DNA of 28,015 nt from Armatimonadota bacterium (GCA_014380815.1 JACMJB010000423.1:1-28015); one strand, 5' to 3'. Shown: positions 1-8,732, counted from the stretch's first letter. The notes: generated by a model not told the origin, from the sequence alone. Numbers and translations are program-made.

Positions 1-468
1 CCGACACTGTATGCGTGGGCCGGGGGGATGCCTGCTTTTGAACGGCTGACCAGACTCTTTTACGCTCGGGTGGACGATAACCCGCTGCTTGCGCCTGTGT
101 TCGCGCGGGTGCCCAAGGAGCATGCGCGCCATGTTGCCTACTTTATCGCCGAGGTTCTGGGAGGGCCGAAGACCTACAGCGAGCAAAACGGCAGTCATGC
201 AGGCATGGTCGCCCATCATCTGAACCGGAGTCTGACTCAGGATCAGCGAAAACAGTGGGTGCATCTGCTGCTCGATTGCGCCGACGAAGCGGGACTGCCT
301 GATGACCCCGAGTTCCGCTCCGCGTTTGTCGCGTATCTGGAGTGGGGGTCACGCCTCGCTGTGATCAATTCGCAGCCCGGCATTCCCGACCCAGACCCCT
401 CGGTCCCCATGCCTGTTTGGAACTGGGGGGCTGTCGGCGGTCCCTATCGTCCGGAAGGCGCCGAATAA
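1..468 (+). CDS. Group II truncated hemoglobin (trHbO/YjbI-like), partial at the 5' end
   Basis: The ORF 28..468 reads MPAFERLTRLFYARVDDNPLLAPVF... The in-frame upstream codons from nt 1 (PTLYAWAGG-) continue the typical trHb A/B-helix motif (xLYEAIGG...F..LV..FY..V), so the true start lies beyond the window edge. Confidence 0.7.
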   Translation, partial: PTLYAWAGGMPAFERLTRLFYARVDDNPLLAPVFARVPKEHARHVAYFIAEVLGGPKTYSEQNGSHAGMVAHHLNRSLTQDQRKQWVHLLLDCADEAGLPDDPEFRSAFVAYLEWGSRLAVINSQPGIPDPDPSVPMPVWNWGAVGGPYRPEGAE

Positions 469-507
469 AAAACGCCGCGGGGTTGCCCGTTTACCCGGTT
501 ACGCTGG

Positions 508-1599
508 TTACCCGTTCTGCCGGGCGAACTCGGTCAGCAGGTCGGCGAGCGCCTGACAGCCCTCAGCCGGAAAGGCATTGTAGACGGAGGCGCGGAAGCC
601 GCCGACATTGCGATGACCCGGCAGGCCGTCCATGTCCCGCTTTTTGGCCTCGGCCAGAAAGGCGGCGTTGTGGCTTTCGTCGGCGAGGCGGAAGGTGATG
701 TTCATCAGCGAGCGGTCGCTCGGCTCGGCGGCGCAGGTCTGGTAGAAGTCCGGCGTGGCGTCGAGCGCATCATAGATCAGGGCGGCTTTTTCGCGGTTGT
801 TTTTCTCGATCGCGGCTAGGCCGCCCTGGGCGGCGATCCACTTCAGGGTCAGATTCACCACGAAGATCGGAAAGACCGGCGGCGTATTGTACAGCGAGTC
901 CTTTTGCGCCTGGACCGCGTAGGAGAGCATCGGCGACAGGTTTTTGTGTGCGGTCTCAAGAAACGACCGGCGAATGACGATCATAGTCACGCCCGCCGGT
1001 CCCGCGTTCTTCTGCGCGCCGGCATAAAGCAGGTCGAAACGCGAGTGATCCCGGTCCACTGCGAAAATGTCGGAGGACATATCGGCGGTCAGCGGCGCCC
1101 CGTTGGTTTCGGGCAGAGCGAAGACCTGCGTCCCCTCGATCGTATTGTTGGTGGTGAAATGAAGATAGCGCGCCGCGCCCGGCGGGGAAAGAGCCAGCGT
1201 TCTGGGAATTCGGTCGTACTTCGTGTCTGCCGACGATCCCGCGACATTCACTGTCCCGACTCGCCGCGCCTCCGCGATGGCCTTGCTGCCCCACTCCCCG
1301 GCGTCAAGATAGTCCGCGGTCTGACCCGGCGCGAGAAAGTTCATGGGAAGCATCGCGAACTGCAGCGAGGCCCCGCCGCCCAGAAAGCAGACTGCGTACT
1401 CGTCGGCGGAAAGCCCCAGCGTCCCCAGGACATTTGCCATTGCCTCGACATGGATGGCATCGTAATCCTTGCTTCGGTGGCTGACTTCGAGCAGGGACAT
1501 ACCTGACCCGTTGATCTCCAAAATGGCCTGGCTTGCCTCTTCGAGAACGGGGAGGGGGTGGACGGCGGGTCCGGCACTGAAATTATAGATGCGTCGCAT
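508..1599 (-). CDS. serC: Phosphoserine aminotransferase (SerC)
   Basis: The 365/363-aa ORF has the N-terminal motif MRRIYNFSAGPA and class-V aminotransferase features along its full length. Alternative ATG starts lie at 1605 and 1599. Position 1599 fits the canonical M..IYNFSAGP start and a -10-like TGaTACCGT located 8 nt upstream. Confidence 0.9.
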   Translation of the reverse strand: MRRIYNFSAGPAVHPLPVLEEASQAILEINGSGMSLLEVSHRSKDYDAIHVEAMANVLGTLGLSADEYAVCFLGGGASLQFAMLPMNFLAPGQTADYLDAGEWGSKAIAEARRVGTVNVAGSSADTKYDRIPRTLALSPPGAARYLHFTTNNTIEGTQVFALPETNGAPLTADMSSDIFAVDRDHSRFDLLYAGAQKNAGPAGVTMIVIRRSFLETAHKNLSPMLSYAVQAQKDSLYNTPPVFPIFVVNLTLKWIAAQGGLAAIEKNNREKAALIYDALDATPDFYQTCAAEPSDRSLMNITFRLADESHNAAFLAEAKKRDMDGLPGHRNVGGFRASVYNAFPAEGCQALADLLTEFARQNG

Positions 1600-1752
1600 G
1601 GGCATTTACGGTATCACGCAGGCGTGATCCGTGTCAACGGCGAAGCGTGTCAGGATCATTCCCTATCGTCACGCTACCAGCCAGAACACGCTATCTACCA
1701 GAACGCCCACCCGATGAATCGTCCCGATTCTCTCTGCGAGTCTAATTGTACT

Positions 1753-3237
1753 TTAATCTTTCACGCCGATGCCGATCACGCTCAGCCCCCGCCATGGCCA
1801 CATACGATCCAATCGTCGAATCGCTGGCATCAAAAGCTCCAGTATTTTGAGCTGAACCACCGAGAACCCCGTTCGATGCAGCATCTTCCCGTTCAAGTAC
1901 CAGGATGGGACCGACGTCCGGTTGAAATCGAACACCTGCTCAACACGAAATCCTGCCTTTTCCAGCGAAGCCTCCAGCCCGGTCGAGGTGTACCGTTCGC
2001 GATGTTCCAGAACGCTGTCCAGCGAGCCGTAGAGCCAGGGGTGTTGTGGGACAAGGATCACCACCTTTCCACCGGAAGCGAGCGAACGATGCAGGTTTTT
2101 AAGCGCCGCTTGCTCGTCGGGCACATGTTCAAGGACGTTCACCATGATTGCGGTATCGAACTGCCCCTCCAGTTCGTCGAAATCCTTGTTGTGTCCGGCA
2201 TCCACTGTAAGTACCTTCAAATAAGGCTTCCCAATCGCGTAAGACCTCAGGTAGTGGAGATAGGTTGGATTGATGTCACTGGCGACGTAGAGATCTCTTG
2301 GGATGAACTGGCTGGTCAGTGTCCCGATACCGGCTCCGATCTCGAGGACTCGGTTCCCGATATGGGGTCTTAAAGTGTCTCCCATCCACTTATTGAAGCG
2401 GCGTGCCATCTGGAGGCTGTTCAGTATGTGAGACCCGTAGGCATCTCTTTGGTAGATGTCGTCTACAAAACTGAACTTTATCGCGGCAAGTAATGCCAGA
2501 ATACCGTCGCGTGCTCGTATCTTCTTGCCTTCCCCGAACGAGCGGGGAAGATATCGTATCGGCACCTCAAAGATGCGGGCACGACGCTTTGCCAGTTTGA
2601 GAGTGATCTCCACCTCGAACCGGAAATCGTTCGAGCGGAGGGGCAGAGATTTAAGAAGCGCGGTATTCACCGCTTTGTAGCAGGTCTCAACATCACTCAA
2701 ATCAAGGTCTGTCACCCAATTGACTACTCCGGTGATTGCCTTATTGATCAAGGTGTGGCGGTGCATCAAAACCCGGCGGTAGGGCGCCGCCATGTAGCGC
2801 GAGCCAAAGACTGCATCTGCACCCTCCTCGATAAACGGACGCAGAAGAGAGGGAATGTCGCCAGGATTGTATTCCAGGTCCGCATCGTGGACTACGCACA
2901 CATCACCTGTCGCAAACTCGAGCGCCGTCCGAAGCGCCGCTCCTTTTCCCTGGTTGCGTTCGTGACGGACCACGGTCAGCAGCTTGTTTGTCTCCGCTAG
3001 CTTCTCAAGGAGTTCCCAGGAACCATCGGTGCTGCAGTCGTCAACCGCGATCACTTCCAGCCGAGAGATCAGATCACTCTCAAGCTGGAGGATGCGCTGA
3101 ATGCTGCTGGCTACCAGATGCCGCTCATTATATACGGGGACCAGAACCGTGATCGCGAGTGGTCTTGATGTGGATTGGACTCTGGCCTGCTGCCTCGGAG
3201 TCTCTTGAATAGATTGCATGGATAAATACTCTTTCAT
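1753..3237 (-). CDS. Bifunctional family-2 glycosyltransferase (DPM1/ArnC/GtrB-like) fused to a class I SAM-dependent methyltransferase
   Basis: The N-terminal half has VLVPVYNE, VIAVDDCSTDGS, DADL and FGSRY, the GT2 polyprenyl-phosphate sugar synthase signature. The C-terminal half has RVLEIGAGIGTL and a DINP..YL Rossmann SAM-binding motif. Length is 494 aa. Confidence 0.8.
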   Translation of the reverse strand: MKEYLSMQSIQETPRQQARVQSTSRPLAITVLVPVYNERHLVASSIQRILQLESDLISRLEVIAVDDCSTDGSWELLEKLAETNKLLTVVRHERNQGKGAALRTALEFATGDVCVVHDADLEYNPGDIPSLLRPFIEEGADAVFGSRYMAAPYRRVLMHRHTLINKAITGVVNWVTDLDLSDVETCYKAVNTALLKSLPLRSNDFRFEVEITLKLAKRRARIFEVPIRYLPRSFGEGKKIRARDGILALLAAIKFSFVDDIYQRDAYGSHILNSLQMARRFNKWMGDTLRPHIGNRVLEIGAGIGTLTSQFIPRDLYVASDINPTYLHYLRSYAIGKPYLKVLTVDAGHNKDFDELEGQFDTAIMVNVLEHVPDEQAALKNLHRSLASGGKVVILVPQHPWLYGSLDSVLEHRERYTSTGLEASLEKAGFRVEQVFDFNRTSVPSWYLNGKMLHRTGFSVVQLKILELLMPAIRRLDRMWPWRGLSVIGIGVKD

Positions 3238-3268
3238 AAGCCTGCAAAGTTATAAAAGTCAGACTGGA

Positions 3269-5122
3269 TCAACGTTTCTCTTTAAACTCAACTTGGACGA
3301 ATCCAAGAGTCCGATTCACCTTGATGGGCACGAAGGGATGGGGGGCTTGCCGACCAGCTCGCTCAGCCGTCCTTGCCGCACCGTAATCTGAGCCGATGAA
3401 CGTAAACTCATGGGTGTCCGCGCGGCGCAACGCTTCGAACAACCGCGCCTGATCCTCCGGTTTGCCGGAAATCAGGTAGCGCAATCTGGGGCGTTTTGCG
3501 ACGAGCGTTTGGATGCTAAACTGCCAGGCATCTGAAACCAGAACCGGAGAATCCAGCGTTTCAATGTCCTGGACCGTCTTCTCGTAGATGTCCATGTGAC
3601 CGGAGACCAGTTCGAAGCCTTTGAATTGAGAATGGATGCTCGTGGCAATAAGTGTCGTGCAGAGAAAGAGAACCGCCCATCTTGAACGGCCCTCTGCTTC
3701 GGCGAAATGTGCCTCGAGAGCGTAAGCGGAAAGAAGCGCCAGAAGGGGAAGAGCCGTGAGCAGAAACCGGCTGCCCCAGTTCAAGCCAATAAAGCCCGGG
3801 GACAGGAACACACCGACTGCAAAGAGTGCAGCCGTGAGCGCCATCCATCTGCAGCAAATCTGACGGTAAGACGAGATCCTATCCGTGGGATTCGGTCTCA
3901 AGAAGGGCGCGGCAAGGGCTGGCAGGAGCAGTGGGGTTCCCTGGAACAACCCATTCGCCCAAGGAGTTTCACCGATGGTCTTCCACAGAATCTCGGCGGC
4001 ACCAAAGCAGAGAATCGGCGCGGCCCATCGCCGTATAGGCTTGCTAGTGAAGAGAGACAACAGGTAACAGGCTATATAAACCCGGATCAAAACCATGGCA
4101 AGCGAGGAGTCGTCTACACCGAGGAGTTCAAGCTGCGCACGCTGCCAAAGCTTTGCGAGGTCGAATGACCCCGTGGGGCTGCCTGATTCTAGATTTCGGA
4201 GGGTACCAACCGCATGTGCACCACCCAGCGCGCCATAAGTAGCCTGGTTCCAAGCCGCCAGAGCGATGATAAACGGTAGAAACCCGAGCAGTGCGACAAA
4301 TGCCGCTTTTCCCGTATTTTTGCGCTGAACGGCAATCAGGGCGATTCCCATCGCGGCGAAGAGCACCCCCTGAAGTGGATGCACCCAAACACCAAATCCT
4401 AAAAGGGCGCTTGCCAACAGGCAAAAAACGAGACGTTGATTTTTGAGATAGCATAGAACGAAATAACAAGCCAGTGCCGCCAGCATTATCTGCAAGGAGT
4501 GATCCCAGAAGATAGTCGAATAGATGAGGAGCGGGGAAGCGATACCCAGCAGCAGCGTCATCGGCAGCCGAAACCGGAGATTGAGTAGTCTGGCAGAAGC
4601 GTATGTCACGAAAATTGTGATCAGTCCTGCGAGCATCGGAAGGACTGTCAGACCTCCGAACCCAAACAGCCGATAGAACACCCCGCAGGCGACCACGAAT
4701 ACAGGGTTGTAAATGCCGCAGAGGCCTTTAGAGACACGTATCGCAAAAGTATGCCCAATCGGGTTGATACTGTTGGTGGGGTCAAATTCCTGTCCGGGGT
4801 AGGTGAGGAAAATAGGACTCCCCCCAGCCGCCCAGCTTCGAACCATCTCAAACCGCACATTAGAGTCGGGACTCCAGAAGGTCCCATGGTGGTTTAGGTG
4901 CGTCGCGACTGCAAAGTAAAGACAGGAGATGAGCAACAGGATCGCTGTCACCCATTGTGTTTCGCGACGAGTCCAAAGCGCTGCCGCGTGTGCCCCTAAA
5001 GAATCCCCGCCGAGGGCGGCTCCAGGATCGCTTAGAGGTTCGTTGCTGTGCTTACCGGGGAGACAGGCGGATGATGACGCTACTTCCACTTCCATTTGCA
5101 AAACACCCTGGTCTGACGGCAT
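3269..5122 (-). CDS. GT-C fold membrane glycosyltransferase, ArnT/PMT-like (COG1807 type), with a C-terminal periplasmic domain
   Basis: The 617-aa ORF has about 10-12 predicted TM helices over its first ~430 aa, with a charged first loop (SPDSNVRFEMVRSW), followed by a soluble ~170-aa C-terminal domain. The architecture and its position directly upstream of the GT2 gene match ArnT/Pmt-type transferases. The family assignment is from memory, not an HMM search. Confidence 0.6.
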   Translation of the reverse strand: MPSDQGVLQMEVEVASSSACLPGKHSNEPLSDPGAALGGDSLGAHAAALWTRRETQWVTAILLLISCLYFAVATHLNHHGTFWSPDSNVRFEMVRSWAAGGSPIFLTYPGQEFDPTNSINPIGHTFAIRVSKGLCGIYNPVFVVACGVFYRLFGFGGLTVLPMLAGLITIFVTYASARLLNLRFRLPMTLLLGIASPLLIYSTIFWDHSLQIMLAALACYFVLCYLKNQRLVFCLLASALLGFGVWVHPLQGVLFAAMGIALIAVQRKNTGKAAFVALLGFLPFIIALAAWNQATYGALGGAHAVGTLRNLESGSPTGSFDLAKLWQRAQLELLGVDDSSLAMVLIRVYIACYLLSLFTSKPIRRWAAPILCFGAAEILWKTIGETPWANGLFQGTPLLLPALAAPFLRPNPTDRISSYRQICCRWMALTAALFAVGVFLSPGFIGLNWGSRFLLTALPLLALLSAYALEAHFAEAEGRSRWAVLFLCTTLIATSIHSQFKGFELVSGHMDIYEKTVQDIETLDSPVLVSDAWQFSIQTLVAKRPRLRYLISGKPEDQARLFEALRRADTHEFTFIGSDYGAARTAERAGRQAPHPFVPIKVNRTLGFVQVEFKEKR

Positions 5123-5272
5123 TCTGATTGAACATCGGCTTTTTCAGTGAATAAAGAGAGCCTCTCGTCTCGGTGAAAGCGGGAGTGCCGCGGACGGAAA
5201 CTGCCGCGCAGGCGGTCTTGGGGTCGTTGGAAACTGCAAGAACGCAAGAGCAAGAGGAAGATTAAAAATACG

Positions 5273-6208
5273 ATGACAAAAACGAGCAGCTTTCCTTACC
5301 CCCAGAGCGCCGCTCTGGTCACGGGTGCCTCACGGGGCATTGGGGCGGCGATTGCGCGGGAGCTGGCGCGGCGCGGCATCGCCGCTCTGGCCCTGACGGC
5401 ACGGACCGCCGCCGACCTTGACCGGGTGGCGGACGAGATCCGCAGCGCATTCCCCGCGACCCGCATCGAGGTGATCGCCGCCGATCTTGCCGAACCCGAC
5501 GCGCCCGCCTTCCTGAAAGCGGAGACGGACCGGATTGGTCTTTCCGTTGATCTGCTGATCAACAACGCAGGCTTTGGAAGCTACGGCCTGTTCGATGAAT
5601 CCGAATCTGCCCGCAACACGGCGATGGTGGAGGTCAATATCGCCGCACTGGTGAAGCTGACGCATCTCTACTTGCCGGAGATGCGGGCCAGAGGACGGGG
5701 TGGGATCCTGAATGTGGCCTCCACCGCGGCTTTTCAGGCAGTGCCGTATCTTGCCGCCTACAGCGCGACCAAGGCGTTTGTGCTGTCGTTCTCCGAAGCG
5801 GTGTGGGCCGAGACGCAGGAGTGGAATCCACCTGCCTCGGACGTGCGAGTGGTCTGTCTCTGCCCCGGCGGGACCGACACGAACTTTGGGGATGGCATGG
5901 ATCGGGGCCGCTTCGAGAACGGACCACAGAGCACGCCGGAGGAGGTTGCGGTCGGCGGGCTGGACGCGCTGGACCGAAACGCCTCGTATGTGGTGGTGGG
6001 GCTGTCCAACTACGTCGGCACGCTCGGCTCGCGCCTTCTGCCCCGCGCGCGGATGGCGCGGATGACCGCCAGCATGTTTCGGCCCCTGTCTTCCTCCGGT
6101 CCCGCGGAGAGCGAAAAGACGCGCCGCTATCTCGCCGCAGGCGGTATCGTCGCTGCCATCGGAGTTGTCGGCGTCCTGCTCGCCGCTGCTAAGCGCCGGG
6201 GGGACTAG
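5273..6208 (+). CDS. Short-chain dehydrogenase/reductase (SDR) with a C-terminal hydrophobic membrane-anchor tail
   Basis: The ORF has ALVTGASRGIGAAIARELARRG (TGxxxGxG), NNAG and a YSATK catalytic Y..K motif. The C-terminus AAGGIVAAIGVVGVLLAAAKRRGD looks like a TM anchor. Confidence 0.85.
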   Translation: MTKTSSFPYPQSAALVTGASRGIGAAIARELARRGIAALALTARTAADLDRVADEIRSAFPATRIEVIAADLAEPDAPAFLKAETDRIGLSVDLLINNAGFGSYGLFDESESARNTAMVEVNIAALVKLTHLYLPEMRARGRGGILNVASTAAFQAVPYLAAYSATKAFVLSFSEAVWAETQEWNPPASDVRVVCLCPGGTDTNFGDGMDRGRFENGPQSTPEEVAVGGLDALDRNASYVVVGLSNYVGTLGSRLLPRARMARMTASMFRPLSSSGPAESEKTRRYLAAGGIVAAIGVVGVLLAAAKRRGD

Positions 6209-6232
6209 ACAGCGCTGGGCCGCGGGGGGTTG

Positions 6233-7984
6233 TCATTTGACCGCCCCTGGCGGCGCGGGTGGGGCGGCGATCCCGATGTCAATGAACTGCCCACCGATCG
6301 TGGAGCGGCAATGGACAGCGATCACATTCCGACCGGGCCGAATCGTCGCCGCTCCTTCGCGTGTCAGTGCCACCTCGCGGTAATCGTGCGAGTAGCCGGA
6401 AAGGGTCGCCGCCAGCACGCCGTTGAGATAAACCTCCGCCTCGTCGTCATGGCAGGCAAGCAGAACTGCCTGGGACGCCGCGGACGCCGCTTCACGTTCG
6501 CCCAGAGTGAATTCGCGGCGCAGCCAGATATCGGGGGTCTGCCAGACCGTTCGCTTTGGCGTGGGGATGTCCGCGCCCGCCCCGAAGCCCGCCTCGCCGA
6601 TCTCCCAGCGGGTGTCTTCGAAGGCGGGCATCTGCCAGCCTTCAGTGGGTGTTCGGGTGGTGTAGCGCCAGGGCCTGCCCGCAGCCCGCGCAGTCGGCAC
6701 GATCTCACGAGGTGGAGGGAGCGGTTTCCATCCGGCGCTGGCACGGAAAACGGCGCTCATCGCGGGGTTCTCCTGGAGGTTCTCGGTACGAAGCGAGGCC
6801 GTTTTTCGAAGCAGGTCGGCGGCGGAATCGCGGTACGGGTCCAGGGTCTGCAAACCGCGCGGGGCGCGGTACCAGCCCCACATACCGCCGCCATCCTGCA
6901 GGATGGCTTTATAGCTCCAGATCGTCCAGGAGTGCCCACCCTGCTGCAGCGCTTTGATCCCCGTTTCCAGCGCGGCGGGCGTGCCATGCGGCTCGATCTG
7001 AAACTCCCCGATGAAAACAGGCGCGGGACGAGTCGTTTGGACGGTCCGCGCTCCCGGCGAGACCGCCGCCAGGCCCGCCGCCTGCTCCTGCTCGGTCTTT
7101 GCCGTGAAGTTGTAGTGATGCCAGCTTAAGGCGACGTTTTCCCAGCCGACCACCGATAAATGCGGAAAGGTGTCCCGGCCCTTGTAGCCATCCTCAATGA
7201 TGATAAGGTGCCGCTGGTCAATGGCGCGTATCGTTCGGTATAGTCTGTCCTGCACCAGATGGAGTGTCACCGCATCCGGCGCGCCCATCGGCTCGTTCAG
7301 CAGGTCGTAACCCGCCACCTCGGGCCGGTCCTTGTAGCGACGCGCGAGCGAAGCCCACACCGCTTGTGTCCTCTTGATCTGGGCCGGGTCTTTGAACAGG
7401 CGGTTGACCCCTGACTCGCCGGTGTGATCGGAGTCGCTTTGCCGACCTGGTGCGCCGTGCAGATCCAGGATGACATAAAGCCCGTGGCGGCGCGCGGAGG
7501 CAAGGGCGCGATCAATCCACTCGTAGCCGTCCGGCTCCTCCAGCAGATCGAAGGTGAAGGGCAGGCGGACGCAGTTCAGACCAGCCGCTCGAATCCGCCC
7601 GAAGTCGGCGTCGGAGACCCAGGCATCGCGCAGGGCTGTGCGGATCTTGCGCGCTTCGGCAGGGCCGAACCGTTTCTCCATTACCTGCCACAACGTGACA
7701 TGATCTTTGACCTGTGGCAGTGTGGACTGCGGAGGGCGGCTGGTATCGAACGGCATCATCCACATCTCCTCGACCAGCCATCCGCCGAGGTTGACGCCGC
7801 GGAGCAGGACCGTTTCCCGCTTCTCATTTACGATCTTTGTTCCGTCGGCTCGAAGCCAGCTGAGCGGGGGAGGGATGGGCGCGGAAACCGGCACCGGCCG
7901 CTTCGATGGCTGCGGGGCCGGAGCGAACCAAAGAGACAGCAAGGCAACAAGGCAGGCGGCAAGCAGCGGCGAAGCAAAGGACAT
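6233..7984 (-). CDS. Secreted glycoside hydrolase family 5 (beta-glucanase/cellulase-like) with a C-terminal beta-sandwich (GH2_N-like jelly-roll) domain
   Basis: There is a signal peptide MSFASPLLAACLVALLSLWFAPAP. GH5 motifs are present: NLGGWLVEEMW, an NEP acid/base in LLNEPMG, and a nucleophile in FIGEFQ. The C-terminal ~180 aa match the W..REF.L...V.L......A.VYLNG...G pattern of sugar-binding jelly-roll domains. Confidence 0.8.
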   Translation of the reverse strand: MSFASPLLAACLVALLSLWFAPAPQPSKRPVPVSAPIPPPLSWLRADGTKIVNEKRETVLLRGVNLGGWLVEEMWMMPFDTSRPPQSTLPQVKDHVTLWQVMEKRFGPAEARKIRTALRDAWVSDADFGRIRAAGLNCVRLPFTFDLLEEPDGYEWIDRALASARRHGLYVILDLHGAPGRQSDSDHTGESGVNRLFKDPAQIKRTQAVWASLARRYKDRPEVAGYDLLNEPMGAPDAVTLHLVQDRLYRTIRAIDQRHLIIIEDGYKGRDTFPHLSVVGWENVALSWHHYNFTAKTEQEQAAGLAAVSPGARTVQTTRPAPVFIGEFQIEPHGTPAALETGIKALQQGGHSWTIWSYKAILQDGGGMWGWYRAPRGLQTLDPYRDSAADLLRKTASLRTENLQENPAMSAVFRASAGWKPLPPPREIVPTARAAGRPWRYTTRTPTEGWQMPAFEDTRWEIGEAGFGAGADIPTPKRTVWQTPDIWLRREFTLGEREAASAASQAVLLACHDDEAEVYLNGVLAATLSGYSHDYREVALTREGAATIRPGRNVIAVHCRSTIGGQFIDIGIAAPPAPPGAVK

Positions 7985-8161
7985 AAGTGGACCGTTTTAC
8001 CAGGAAAGGGTGAGTCTAGGTGACTTTATCACCGGCCCGACGATCCGTCAAAAAGGGCACGACTTGAAATCCAGACGTGGAAACAACTACGGGGCGACCG
8101 CGTGGTGGTCGCCCCGTAACTCATATTCAGGTGTGCGGCTGTGGGCGCCACACCGAATTGT

Positions 8162-8608
8162 CTACTCCCCGTCTTTGGCGGCGGTCTTCTGCTCGTAGTA
8201 CTCGCTGATATGCTCGTAGACCGCTTCGGGAAAGTTGAGGTCGCGATACACATTGCCGGCGTCCGGGTCTTCCGGGTTCGGAATGATCGGGAAGTCCTGC
8301 TGCGCCTGAAACTCCAGGATCTTCTCGCGGCGCGGCGGGTTGTAGTCCTTGTCCCGTACCTGATGCACCAGCAGGCGGGCCTGTTCCTCGGAAAAGTCTT
8401 TGTCGTGCTGAAGGCGCGTAATCAGATCGTCCTCGGGCAGAAAATGTCGCGCGATCATTGCGAAAACAAGCCGCCCGTAGTGCCCGATGTCTTTTCCCGC
8501 CTCCAGGCTGTCCAGAAGGTGTGCCATCATGTCGCTTTGTCGCAGCGCCTCGGTCCCGTTCTTGGGCGCGTCAGAAGTGGTTTCCGGTGGTGGGGTCTTT
8601 GTGGTCAT
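8162..8608 (-). CDS. Hypothetical acidic protein (148 aa), no family recognised
   Basis: This is the internal ATG of the long 8162..9175 ORF, preceded by a strong SD (AGGAGcaaaagaATG). The protein MTTKTPPPETT...EYYEQKTAAKDGE has coding-like GC3. The upstream 190 codons of the track ORF run antisense through the GT4 gene and are not credible. Confidence 0.55.
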   Translation of the reverse strand: MTTKTPPPETTSDAPKNGTEALRQSDMMAHLLDSLEAGKDIGHYGRLVFAMIARHFLPEDDLITRLQHDKDFSEEQARLLVHQVRDKDYNPPRREKILEFQAQQDFPIIPNPEDPDAGNVYRDLNFPEAVYEHISEYYEQKTAAKDGE

Positions 8609-8622
8609 TCTTTTGCTCCTGA

Positions 8623-8640
8623 TGCAAACGGTCGTTTGCA
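8623..8640. promoter_or_regulatory. Perfect inverted repeat TGCAAACG-gt-CGTTTGCA in the 5' leader of the hypothetical gene (candidate operator)
   Basis: It has 8-bp perfect arms with a 2-bp spacer. It sits about 3 nt upstream of the SD of the minus-strand gene, within the divergent intergenic region shared with the GT4 gene. Confidence 0.35.
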
Positions 8641-8732
8641 AGGGTAGAGTACCCGTTCGTGCGAGGTTTGACACCGACGGAAAGCCCGCCGTACACTGAA
8701 ATCTCCATGCCCGATAGACGGATAATCCGCTG

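Noticed and set aside
1558-2373. 271-aa ORF on the + strand
   Set aside because: It is antisense to the GT2::methyltransferase gene. It has low GC3 for this genome in that frame and no recognisable motifs.
6209-6232. 24-bp convergent gap between the SDR and GH5 genes, checked for a bidirectional terminator
   Set aside because: No stable hairpin or U-tract is present. Termination there is probably Rho-dependent or the genes are poorly insulated. Nothing specific to report.
6230-7129. 299-aa ORF on the + strand, among others at 6364..6744, 6556..6957 and 6757..6987
   Set aside because: It is entirely antisense to, or inside, the well-supported GH5 gene. The translations are Arg/Pro/Gly-rich and low-complexity, typical of spurious ORFs in high-GC DNA.
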